DNA of 63,926 nucleotides, counting the filler, from Intoshia linei (taxonomy: Eukaryota; Animalia; Orthonectida), in NCBI GenBank assembly GCA_001642005.1. It is 7 parts of 7 records of this genome, joined end to end, with 100 filler letters (N's around TTAATTAATTAA, not from the genome) between each part and the next. Parts side by side here need not be neighbours in the genome. Positions count along the whole stretch, not along the records: positions 1 to 27,782 come from LWCA01000438.1; 6 more parts are not named here. One strand, written 5' to 3'. The translations under genes and the position numbers were made by a program. The notes beneath the pieces were generated by a model. The model did no database searches. It was not told the DNA's origin and saw nothing but the letters and a program-made list of their open reading frames with translations. This document shows, piece after piece, positions 1-12,237 of this stretch. The stretch's first letter is position 1. Each line of letters opens with the position of its first letter.

Positions 1-99
1 GACGAGGTCCTTCGCCTAAAATTAAAGGGATAGATCCATTAATTTTGACATTGTATGTTCTGTTCAATATTGATATATATATATATATATAAGTTTATG

Positions 100-480
100 T
101 TCTGGCTAAAAACCGCTACAACTATGCAAGTCATCACTAAGATATTTGGATTAAGTACAAACAGTTCAGAAGGCAATTGATAGAATGAGGGCTCCACTTT
201 ACGATTGCCTAAAGAATAAATGGATGGAAAATAAAAAACGACCGATCTATGTTATTATTGATGATTTGACCGACGTTGTTTTGTTGGGGGACTCTACAAC
301 AGTATGAATCCAAAAACCATGCAATGGCGTGTTCAACCATAAATTATATTGGGATAAAAAAAATGGAACATATGGCGTAAATAAAGAAGTAGCTATAATG
401 GCCCATTCTCCTTATTATGCTTTATTTTCGCAGCCTAAAGGACTGGGTAGTGAACATGATTATAAATTATTTGATATAAT
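100..480 (+). mobile_element. Degenerate PIF/Harbinger-ISL2EU-type (DDE_Tnp_4-like) transposase fragment
   Basis: Translates to LLGDSTTV*IQKP (D.T..I..P first catalytic Asp motif), then WDKKNGTYGVNKEVAIMAHSPYYALFSQPKGLGSEHDYKLF (K..YG.K and GS.HD motifs). Interrupted by stops and frameshifts. Confidence 0.55.
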
Positions 481-2709
481 GAATTAATATCGAGAAATAA
501 CTTAAACCAAAGTGATCATACGTACCAGATTAAACTGATGTCTGTCTAAAAGGAACGTGAACGCGAAAAAGTATTAAAGCGAAAACAATCATCTGATCGC
601 TACAGGGAAAGATCTCTCATGATTTCTATATTACATCATCCTGTTTTTATTTTTAGATAGGACTGGACCCTAGTAATTCTAAAACTAATTTATTGATATT
701 AAATTTTAGATTTTCAACGTGTTCAATGTTATTTTTCTAAAGTACGGTAATTTATCAAAATTTTCAATCTAAGTTACTAAAATAAATAAAAGCATAGCAT
801 AAAATTTAAATAATTATAGTAAATCAGTGAAAGGGTTAAATAGTGTAGAAATTAAATTTTAAATTATTTTACAACATTAAATTACTGTTAATGAATAATT
901 GCATTAGAGTAAAATTTTTGTAAATTTAAAGCTTAAATTTCCAATTTTGTAAAAAAATCATTGAAAATTCCCATTTAAGAATTCAATGAAAAATACCTCC
1001 CATGTAAAATTTGGTATAAAAATTATCCTTCAAGGGTTTGGTCAAAAATATGTTCATATTATGCAATTTTAGACTTATTTACCGTTTCCTGTTGTGAAAT
1101 GTCAATGTTGAAAAATTTCCAACCTTTCCAAATCTAAACCACGACCAAATAAGTTCAAAACATTAAATCATTTCATAAAATATTGATTATATTGATTTAA
1201 TTTGTAGAAATGAATTTGACGGTTCTAATGAATTGATAATAAAAATACTGATATTATATTTATTAGATGGATAATCTCACAAATTGTCATTTGCATAGTA
1301 GTTTTATAATAGTTTAACTGAATACAACCGAGTTGTCAACAGTTAAATTAAATTGTTCCGAGTACTTTCGAGTAAAAACGATATTATTTAGTTTTGAAAA
1401 ATTTTATCCAATGTATGTTATATAAACATCTAAGACATTTTTTATTTTTTCAAAAAGGGTCATTTGGGGTTTTGACCGTGAAGATATAAGATTTTGAAAT
1501 TGAAACTTATATTAATGTTGATAATTTAATATCTTGATCAGATTGTATATTTGTTATAATTCTAGGACTGGTTGAATTTTAAAAAAAAGGATAATTGTTA
1601 TTTTTAACCTTGAAGGACACAATTTCTGAAAATGAATTTTTTCTATAAAAAATCACCGTCGAAAAAATGTAATAGAAATATGGAATTTTTAATACTATAA
1701 TCCTTTCACTATAATATGTTACTAGTACTAATTAACTAACTAACTAATAACTCTTAAATAAATTGCAACAGACAGACAAATAAATTAATAATATAATTTA
1801 ATTTAAAAAATTTTTTAATTTGTTTGTCATTTATCAGCAGATTGCATTTAGAGGAGGCAGTAGGCCCAGGACAGATAGAAATTGTAGGACCCATCAATTT
1901 TTTTTTAAAATTGAGACGTCTATACATTGTTTAATTGATCGTTGATTGCCTAAAAATTGAAAATAACATTTGCAAATCGCATTTTTCATCATAATTTTGA
2001 CATATTGAAAAATTGTCCAACATAACCTATTAATAAATTAAAATATTAGGCCCTCATGGTTGTAGGCACGGTCCATATGGCCCTAGCCCTACGCACGGCC
2101 CTGATTATAGATTATACAATAATATTTTCGAAAAAAAATTTAAGCCAACCGGAATGATGAAAAATTAAATTGTATGTATTAAAGAAATTGGGTCTTTCCC
2201 CTCATGGTTACCTCACGCGCTTCACGACAATATGGTGCCCAACGATGAAATTTACGTATTTATCAAAAAAATGATTTTACTATAAAATTTATTGTAGTGT
2301 AAACTATAAATTCTTGTAGATTAAAAATATATTTAAAATCTGTGTCTCAATTTTTTTTAAATTCGAGGACTCTTTTATAGTTTCAAAAAAAGGATAACTT
2401 GGCTTTTTGACATGAACACCTCAATTGCTGATAAAGAAATTTCCGATAAAACATCACCCGAAAAACTGTATTAGATACTGATTTTTTTAAGCTCCAGGAA
2501 GCTTCATTTTCTGATTAAACGGTAACACACACATATATTCATTTTTATATTAGTAAAGGATGGATAAATTTGGTGCCCACGAAACTATTAAAACTACTAA
2601 CCTTATTCACCAGTCAAAAAAAGTGTGGACCCCTACGATATTATATCATTATTGTATGTTTAAAGTATAATAAAATGCTCCCAATAACTTGAATAATAAA
2701 TTTTTTTAG

Positions 2710-5532
2710 AAACAGCATATGCACACTCATCAAAGCGTGAAACCTTACCATTGTGAAGTGTGTACAAAAGCATACACCCAATTTTCAAATTTGTGTAGGC
2801 ATAAAAGAATGCACATCAACTGTCGACGTCAAGCAACATGCCCACATTGCAACCAGCGCTTTTCAAACGTGACAACTCTAAACAAACACAAAAGATTTTG
2901 CACCAGTGCAAAAAAGTGTAACAAATTTGCATACTCGAAATTGACTAATTTAATGTATAAAACATCTCTGTTTGAAAACAAAGAATCAAAACAAGATTAT
3001 AATTTTAACCAAAACGGGTTTTTGCCATATTGGCCGTTTTGTTCAGATATAAATTTAAATAACAACAAATCCATTGATAAAACAAATTTAACAATAAAAC
3101 AAAAAAATTCAATAAGATCTATAGATGATATAATTCAAAACAAGTTTTCAAATAATGTCCAAAGTGATGTTCCAAAATCTTTCATGACCGGTTCAAATAC
3201 TTATCAAGGCAATCTATCAAACCAAGAGATTCAAAATTTTTCTTTATATCATTATTATCAAACGTTACAAAAGTTGATGGTGGTCAATGAGGAAGAATGT
3301 GTTAATAAACGAAATTATCAAATTAGTCATCCTACTGGTGCAAAAAAGCGTAAATGTGGAAATACAATTCAAAATACATATTGCAAGACGAAAAACAAAC
3401 CTGGCTTTACAATTGAAAATATAACCAATTATTTTGGTTGCAAAGTTAAACCCAATGATGTTAAATCTGAAATTCCTCTAGATTTATCGACTAAAAATCT
3501 TACATTGTCAAATGAATTGAATTTACACAATTCAAAATCTAGGATTACAAATTTAAACGAAATTTCTAGTGAATTAATGTTTACTCAAATGCAAAAAATG
3601 AATCAAGAGAAAACGTTTTTCAATATTACCAATTGGTTAACTAGGAATAATTATGATCGAATTAAGGATAATTTTTTTCAACTTAAAAATTCTACTTTCC
3701 ATTCTAATCATATTAACATTAAAAGTAAATCTGTTGATAGTAACTCTGTTAGTCCCATTAGTCGTACCGAAGATAATACTATTAAAGATGACATATTGTC
3801 AAATTATGATCAAAATTCTATTAAAATACCTTATTTAAAACAATTAAGAAAAGAACAACACACTTGTGAATATTGTGGAAAGGTATTTACATTAATTTAT
3901 ACAAGCATTTACATTTATTACATTCAAGTAACGATAATATAACATTAAAATGATAAACAGGCGGTATAGACCAGAGGTCTGCCCCACTGGCCCACAGAAT
4001 AATTTTTGGCCTTTTGAGTAAATATTTAAATTATTTATTAGTTAATATGTAACCGTAACTAATACTGGGATTAAAATTTTAATTAGAATTCATTTTTACA
4101 TTAATTAAACTTTGCCGACCCCTGATAGAGACTGTAATGTACTATATACGGTCAAACTTCAAAATTACAATTACATGTATTCATTCAACTTCATTCAGTT
4201 ATTTAACAAATATTCAATTAATTAGTCCTAGAATATATATTAATAATTCAAAAATGTTTCATTTGATATACAGAAAAAATGGTAACATCTGAAATGTATA
4301 TCTTCTCGGTCAAAAACCATAATATTTATCCATACTAATATAATATGCTTTGTTTATCTGTACGTGTGTTATGGTTTATTTCAATAATTATCAGTCTTAG
4401 AATTTTATAAAGTCCACATTTTAGTTACAGTTTTTCCGGGTGTTAACAAAATAAATTTCAACCTCCCAAACCCACATCTTACAGGTCAAAAAGCCCAATT
4501 GTCATTTTTTTAAAAATCAAACGAGTTCGAGTATATAGAGAAAAAACATATATCTTCAGGGCCAAAACCACAAATGACCCTTTTTTTAATGAAAACAGTC
4601 CTAGAATTTAAAAAACATTTGGTTGTATCCTGTTAACACACAAAAAATTTCTATCTGAATACGTGACGCCTTCACGGTCAAAAAAGCATTTTAGTATTCA
4701 TATATTTTTTTTGCGAAATATTTTATTAAAACAAAAAATGTGAAATAATTAACGGTCCGAAAATTAAGAAAAAAAATTATTCTGATAGAGCTTATTCCAG
4801 TTGATAAAAATACAAAATTTTAACCCCAGAAATCTACGCATTCCCCGTGAAAAATATTTTTTAATACATTATCAACCAAAATTTTTCAAATATTTCGATT
4901 AAAATAAAAATTGAAAATGTAAATATTGATCCTACAATTTTAAAAATAATGTGCCAATTTGTAGTCTACACATTTCCAATTATAATAAAAATCTATATAA
5001 TTCATTCTTTCGGTATTTTTTTCATTGCTACTCAATTTTTAAATTTCAAATTCTCATTTTCAAAACATTTTGAATAAAATTTAAATAGAAACGACAACAA
5101 CGTAACTAAAAGTCGTACAACTTTGTTAATATCATTTTATATTTATTACAATACTTTGATTTTTTGATTTATAATTTTTTTTATTATGTTACAATAGGTT
5201 CGAATTAACTTAAATATACATTATTTTAGGTGTTTCCGCGATCTGCAAATTTAACTCGACATAAAAGAACACATACTGGTGAACAGCCTTATTGTTGCAA
5301 TATTTGTGATCGTTCTTTTTCAATATCATCAAATTTACAGAGGCATATTCGGAATATTCATAATAAGGAAAAACCCTTCCGATGTATAGTATGCGCCAAA
5401 GCTTTTGGTCAACAGACTAATTTGGATAGGCATCTAAAGAAACATACATTATTACCTGAAAATTTTTCACTTAATGATTCCAAAATTGATTTGAAAAAAA
5501 CACCTGAAAATGAAAAGATTGATATAAATTAA
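2710..5532 (+). CDS. MECOM: MECOM/EVI1-PRDM16 (Hamlet/EGL-43) C2H2 zinc-finger transcription factor, 3' part; exons 2710-3882 and 5230-5532
   Basis: [35 protein letters not shown] matches EVI1 ZF5-7. CtBP motif PLDLS is present. The splice CGK|[11 protein letters not shown] (GT 3883, AG 5228-5229) joins the second cluster [16 protein letters not shown] / [14 protein letters not shown]. Upstream exons were not found in the window. Confidence 0.9.
3972..4124. mobile_element. hAT (Buster/Charlie-type) MITE in the MECOM intron
   Basis: Termini CAGAGGTCTGC...GCCGACCCCTG, flanked by degenerate 8-bp TSD gtatagac/atagagac. Confidence 0.6.
4329..5080 (+). mobile_element. Non-autonomous Helitron-like repeat copy (5' part)
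   Basis: Starts a|TCCATACTAATATAATATGC followed by TGT-rich microsatellite-like sequence. Body is homologous to copies at 7.6-8.4, 14.6-15.5, 26.3-26.7 and 41.4-42.0 kb. Confidence 0.7.
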
Positions 5533-5845
5533 TTAAGCCATTATTTGTTGTTTTATTATACAAAAGTACATTATATTATAAGTGTTTATCATTAAATTAT
5601 ATATGCATAATGGATTAGGTGATTTTTTTTTTAAAAATGTGGTTGACTTATTTGATTTACCCATTTATCACATCTTTTAGAAATTCAACCTAAATTTATT
5701 TATTAAATTTAAATTATTCATTTTGTCGATATGATCAGTGATCACTATCGTACATCTTTTACGTGTATAAAATGGAATGTCTGTCTATCTATTACCGTTT
5801 ATTTACTATTAACACATTAACTGTTCTAGAATTTAAAAAACTCTA

Positions 5846-7200
5846 CAGTGCCTTGCAAAATAAACTGGCACTTCTTAAAATATATTACTTCTTCATAAAC
5901 AATGATTAAATTCGAAAACATTAAATAATATTTTAAATATACAAATGAAAATAACGTGACATCCAAATGAAAAGATTTATTTAAGTAAATACCGGAATTG
6001 ATGCACAATTTTTTAATTGAAATACAGGCAATTTAAAAATGATAATGAAGATATTAAAATAAAACAGTCGTGCAAAATAAACTGGCATGTAAATTAAAAT
6101 TTACATAAATTATAATAAAATGTTGAAATTGTGACCATCAATTATATACAATCAAATAAAATAAATTAATACTTTGTAGAAGCTCCTTTACATTTTATTA
6201 ATGAATTTATTCTTCGAGGTATGGATTTATATAAATTTTTTATTATGGAAAATTCAATCTTCATCCATTCTTCAACAACGATATCCCACAACCCGGTCAA
6301 ATTTTGGGGGGCTATTTTAGACACGTTTCTCTTTAATACGAACCACATATTTTCAATAATATTCAAATTTGGACTCTGACTGGGTCAATTATCCAACGTC
6401 TCAATATTTCTGGTACGTAGAAAATCTTTGGTGGAGCGAGAACGATGACAGGGAGCACCATCTTGCTGTAGTATCATATTGGGCTCATAAATATCCCACA
6501 ATTTCGATATTAATATTCGTTGATACTCCTCGGAGTTTACATTGCCCCGGCATAATTCAATTACCCTTGATCTATCAAATTTAATTGCACCCCGCACCAT
6601 TATCGATTTCGAAAATTTTTGTGATTAAGTCACATATTTGTCGTTGTACCTTAAATTTGGTGGTCTACGATCATTTCTCATGTTTTTTCTAGACAAAAAA
6701 ATCTTTGATTCATCACTAAATATAACTTTGTTCCAATAATCGATATTTTTGTTTTTTTTAATGTGCACCAAATTTTTCTGTTCTTTTTGTGACGCTTAGA
6801 TCATTTCGGCTTTACGGCTGTTAATCGTCCGAATAAATTATTTCGCTTTAAAATGCGTTTAATGGTATCAATTGACGCTCTGCTAGCGAACCCAATGAGT
6901 TTTAAATCTCTCTAGTTGATAAAAAAAAATTTAATTTGGAGGTTGTGGTCATTAAACATTCTTCTCTTAAAGTAAATAATTTTTTGCTACCTGCACCAAC
7001 TTTTTGTTCAATTCCATCTCCATTTTTAAATTTTTTGAGAACATTTTGAACGCTTGATCTGCAAACCCCGGTTTTCCTCGAAAGTTCAGATTGGTTCATA
7101 CCGCTTTTGAAATGTTTTTCAATGTCATGCTTTATAATTTTGTTAATTATCGCCATTTAAAATTTAGTTACAATTTGAACATTATTTTAAAATTTATTAG
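5846..7200 (-). mobile_element. Tc1-family (DD34E-type) transposon with a frameshifted transposase and one intact long TIR
   Basis: TA|CAGTGCCTTGCAAAA terminus at 5844-5860. HTH N-terminus (6902-7156), FSDESK (~6700-6720), QQDGAPCH, and SPNLNIIENMW...KCKGASTKY. The 5' TIR is replaced by a hAT remnant. Confidence 0.9.
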
Positions 7201-7214
7201 CGAATAAGATAATT

Positions 7215-7570
7215 ACATTTAATGTGATCCTTGCGCTTCATGGTCGTTAACCAATCTTTTCATATCGGGTTCTATGTTTGACAGGAATAAACGAATATAT
7301 CTTTTTTTAATAATATTCATATTAATCCTTTTCTTTGAAATTATGTGATTTACGGCACTAAAACCTTTTTAACTAAATATGAATATAGAAAGAGAATCAT
7401 TAAATTCAGAATTTGTTTCCATATATTTGGATAAAGTTGATATATTCTAATATTTTGCTAGATTTGTATATAATAATATATTTTATAGTCATTTAAACAC
7501 TTTTCATCATGTTGAATTATTAACAAATCTTCTGGACATGCAATATCAGCATCTCTGCATTTTTATTTTC
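7215..7570 (-). mobile_element. hAT (SCAND3/Buster-like) transposase C-terminal remnant
   Basis: Minus strand gives SYLVKKGFSAVNHIISKKR...LSNIEPDMKRLVNDHEAQGSH*, the typical Buster C-terminus. Confidence 0.65.
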
Positions 7571-7639
7571 GTCACAAAAAACCCCCGCGTCTTTATCTTT
7601 TTATGTTTTCCTAGCATTTTTCATAGTAAAAAAATATAC

Positions 7640-8379
7640 ACATACAAATAGAACCTAGCTCTGCAGAGGACACATTTTTATTATACCAAAATAATAAATT
7701 CACGTTAAAAATCTAACTTAAAAATCCTACTATTCACTATTATCTATCCTTTAAAGGAGTGGTTCTTAATCATGTTTCAGGTGGAACCATTATATCACAT
7801 TACTTTTTACTTTAAAGTGAATTATTTTATCTTAATTTAATTGTTAACATTTGCGTAAAGAATTTTAAAAACAATTGTTATCCCATTTTTTTAATTTATT
7901 AGACGAAAAATATAGGAATACTAAAACCCTTTTTTGACCGTGAAGGCGTCAGTTATTCAGATTGAAATTTTTTGTGTGTGTTAACAGGATACAACTGTAC
8001 TACCCGATTTTTTTTAAATTCTAGGGCTGTTTTCATAAAAAAAAGAGTAATTTGGGTTTTGGCCTGAAGATATAATTTTTTGAATTTAAATTTATGATAA
8101 TGGATATGATTTTAAAATCCGTATCAGCGTATATATTTTTTAAAATTCTCCAACTCGTTTGATTTTCAAAAAAAAGAACAATTGGGGTTTTTGACCCATA
8201 ATATGTGAGCTTGAGAGGTAGAAATTTATTTTATTATATCCCCCAGAAAAAACTGTAGTTGAAATGTAGACTTTATAAAATTCTAAGACTGGTAGTTATC
8301 GAAATAAAGTCGAACACACACACAAACAAATATCGTGTAGCATATTACATGTATATAAGTATATATATATTAGTAAGGA
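7640..8379 (-). mobile_element. Non-autonomous Helitron-like repeat, near full length
   Basis: Minus-strand start a|TCCTTACTAATATA at 8379. Shared body (ttttgaccgtgaag, aaaggagtggttc, agagctaggt). Confidence 0.7.
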
Positions 8380-8558
8380 TATAAAAATGATAATGACAAG
8401 TAATTTGTTGTAGTTGTATACTAAAATTTAATACAGAGTTATTTTAAATTTTTGAAAATAAGTATTTGAGAGTGAAAAATTGCGTAGCAATGAAAAAAAA
8501 TTTGAAAAATCAATTTATGACATTTTCATCCATATCTCTATATTGGAAATGTATAGAC

Positions 8559-8853
8559 CAGTGGTTCCCAACCTTTTTAATTATTCCTTGACCAATCATT
8601 ACTTCATTTATGACCAAATTTTAACATATACTGTCATAATTTTGTGCATATCTGTAAATTATCCATATAACAGTCACTAATCCTATTTTAAATTTAAATA
8701 TTTTACTCTTAACTTGTTTGTGAATCAATATTTCGATAATAATGGACATCACACTACAAAATTAAACTAAATAATTTTTCACCCAAATTGCCCCCTTTTT
8801 ACAAAAATACTTCCTCCCCTAAAAGCCACTTGGATTACCGTTGAGAACCACTT
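8559..8853. mobile_element. Buster/Charlie-type hAT MITE nested in a repeat
   Basis: CAGTGGTTCCCAAC...GTTGAGAACCACTT with TSD gtatagac/ttatagac. A homologous empty site is visible at ~14902-14930. Confidence 0.8.
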
Positions 8854-9336
8854 TTATAGACGTTCAATGCACATGCAATGTGTTTTTTGAAATTGTAAGA
8901 TAAATATTTACTTTATCATTTTTAATTTTAATCCAATTAAAAATATATCTTACTTTTACTCCGAAATTAACTGTAATAGAAACGTGGAATGTTTAAAATT
9001 CTAATACTCTTAGTTACTCAAATAAACGATCACAGACAGACAGATATGCAAACAAAGAGTTTTATATAAGTTCATAACTAAATTCATGCCATTGCAATTA
9101 GTACAATTTTAAAAATAGACTTCAAGTAACGTCTTGCCTGATTAATTAGATCTTACTTTCAATAATTACATCTGATGTGAAACATCTATTATGACTTTTA
9201 GTGTATTTATTTGACTGATACAAAATCGACTGCCTTTAATAAAAGGATATTTTGGTATAAAGAGAATCGACTTTATTGCAATAAGTTGTTTTTTATTTCA
9301 TATAAACTATTTTAATATTTAAATTATTTTGTTTTA

Positions 9337-10080
9337 TTAGAATAAATCGTCTTGTGTAGCAATATGATAAAATCGTTCAAACACAGAAAAAATAGTGCCA
9401 ACTCCCATAGAAGCATAAGTTCCATAAATAACGTATTGATGATATTTTTTATTAATAAATGGTTCCACATCTACAACAAATATAAAACTAAGGATGACAA
9501 TAAAAGTTCCAATATAATTGAATTTAGCGTAGATTCCATTATCCTGTGTTATAGTTTTGCATGAAATGCTGATTACAAAAATTGTAAGAATAATTTTGTA
9601 ATGAACATGGACGAAATAGAGAGTTGAAACAATTAATCCATATTCAACAAACAATCCAAATATTTTGTCTTCAATAAACTTAAGCGATGTAATATAAATA
9701 GCGTGAATCAATATTTGATTCAACATAATCAATCGAATATTTTGAAAAAAGTCGTCAAATAGCGCCAATTTTTTGGGGTCATTTTCAAATTTTATTCTTT
9801 GTTTCTCTGTGATTACAACCAATGTAAATGAATAAAATTTGATTAAAATAGCAATGACTTCAAGTATCATGGTGATTCGTATCCATTCATTATCTTTCAA
9901 AAACTTGAACACAATCATGTATATAAAGTCTTCAACGCCCAACACAATTAAAACGGCAATTTCGGAATTCAGTGTTCTATCAAGAGCATGTGTTATTTCT
10001 TTGTGTTCAATTTTATTAACTGGCTCAGCCAAAAAGTTTGAAAATACGATGGATAGTATAAAGACTGTGATAAATTTCAT
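9337..10080 (-). CDS. Intronless 247-aa multi-pass membrane protein of unknown function
   Basis: An ORF this long is unlikely by chance at this AT content. N-terminal signal-like segment plus about 6 further hydrophobic stretches. No family motif recognised. Confidence 0.65.
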   Translation of the reverse strand: MKFITVFILSIVFSNFLAEPVNKIEHKEITHALDRTLNSEIAVLIVLGVEDFIYMIVFKFLKDNEWIRITMILEVIAILIKFYSFTLVVITEKQRIKFENDPKKLALFDDFFQNIRLIMLNQILIHAIYITSLKFIEDKIFGLFVEYGLIVSTLYFVHVHYKIILTIFVISISCKTITQDNGIYAKFNYIGTFIVILSFIFVVDVEPFINKKYHQYVIYGTYASMGVGTIFSVFERFYHIATQDDLF

Positions 10081-10588
10081 TTTTATTAGTAAAAAACGAT
10101 CCTGATATACAAAGTATAGATAAGTATCAGAATATATTTGTTAAAGATGCTTTAGAGAATATATAAATATATTTTTATCATAGTAACACCTGTATCAATA
10201 TGTGCTTAATAATAAATAAAATACACATACATTAGGGTGTTTTATAGTATGAAAGAAATAATAACTTTAGGTTCAAATAGATGTAGGTTTTTTGTAAAAA
10301 TCACAATGGTGGTAAAAAAGTCATCAAAATTTCATTTAGATTGGGCCTTCACAAATTAAGATTTAAAATATTTAAATAATTATTTATGCTTATTATCCAA
10401 GATTAAGCAATTAATATTATAATATTTAATAGAATAAAGTTCAAATGATTATAATATGCATAATTAATCGGTTTTCTTTTATTATTATTCGCGATGTTTT
10501 TCTATTAACCCTTAGACACTATGATTGTTTTTTTACATGAAATTATACAAAAGCTGATAGCTAAATGTCAAAAATTTAAATAATAGAG

Positions 10589-11683
10589 CAATGGTTCTCA
10601 ACTTATTTTTTTTCATTCCCCCCTTGAGCCATTAAATTTTTTCACGCACCCCATTTAAATTCTGTCCATTAGAAATTGACAATTTTCTATAAAACTAACA
10701 GTTATTTAAAATATGTATTAGAATATATTAAAATAGTATTTACAAAAAATATTAGTAAGAATTTTGAGACAATTTTTTTTAGTTAATTACCAAATTACGC
10801 GGCTTAGTCGTAGAAAGAGCACAACGTAAATCATCTTCAACTATTAATCTACTTCTTTTTTGATTTTTTATATCCAATAGAGTCGAAAATCCACACTCAC
10901 ATAAATACGTTGATACTCAATGATACGTTCAATGATACTACATATGATGCTTTAACAACCTTTTCCTTTAATTTAAAATATAATTTAGAATCTATTTTTA
11001 TCTTTTTTAAATTATGAGCGCAACGTTCAAAATAATCTGAGTCTTTGTTCTTGAATTTGGCATGTACATTATTTAGATGTTGTTTTATTTTAGTTGGTTT
11101 CATAGAATCATTTTATAAAGTTTTAGTACATATGACACATTAAGGGTTTTCAATTCCTTTGTCTGTTAAAGAGATAAACCCATATTGTATATAAGAATCG
11201 TTATATTTTCATTTTTTAAATTCATTAATATTTAAGTATAAAAACGTGTCAAATGAATGATAATATAAATAATAATAACTGAACGTTTTTCGAAATATAT
11301 TTTTATGATTTTAATAATTATGTGGTTAATATTTTTATCGAATTAAATACACGTGTACATAAAAATAACTTTCATATTACGGAAATTAAAATAATGAAAA
11401 ATTAAGAAATGCATTTATTTTATAATATTTTTTACATTCTATAAATTCTATTATACTATTTTATTCTGAAGCGTCAGACTCAATTTGCTTTGTGATCCAA
11501 ATTTAAAATAAGATAACAACATAAAATTTATATAATAACGAGGGTTGCATAATTAGCATTGCTGATATAGAACCATAATTATAAATTTAATTTAGATTTA
11601 TAAATTTTTTAATAATAAATTTCCTCTTCAAAATAGTAAATTTCCCCACTAGGGGGGAATTCCCCTTTTTTTGAGAGCAACTT
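10589..11683 (-). mobile_element. Internally deleted Buster/ZBED5-8-type hAT element with both ends
   Basis: TIRs CAATGGTTCTCAAC / TTTGAGAGCAACTT with TSD taatagag/taatatag. N-terminal PQCVIC..MKPTKIKQHLNNVH is juxtaposed to C-terminal GFSTLLDIKNQKRSRLIVEDDLRCALS. Confidence 0.8.
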
Positions 11684-12237
11684 TAATATAGTGAGAATAA
11701 ACTAGCTACAGAATAAACACGCCTCTACCAAAAAGTTTTCTTCTATATATGTATATATATATGTAGATTTTATCTATTTATATAGTCATGTTTGCGACAT
11801 GATAATACTGATTAACTATGTTTTAATTAGTGTATTAATAAAAAATAATAAAATATTTTTGCGTGCTAAATTTTAAGCACACCTTGAGAAAAATTTTATT
11901 GCAGTATTCCCCATAGAAAATTCTACATAATACAAAAATCTTTGGGACGGTAGCTTAGTTGTTTTACCATGTTTTTTGTACATTTGTGAATATTTTATTT
12001 GTTTAAATTCAATTTTAACTCATTTATTAATGTTTTTACAAAAATGATTTTGAGGGTTAACTATAGTTTTGGGGATAATTATAATGAAGTTAATAATTAC
12101 TTTAGCAAACTTAATTAAATCCTAAACTATATTTACTTTAATGTCTATTATATGTACTAAAAATGAATAAACTTTTTTTGTTTGATTGAATTATATCAGA
12201 ACAAATACACTCATACACTTTAAAATAATATAAAAAT

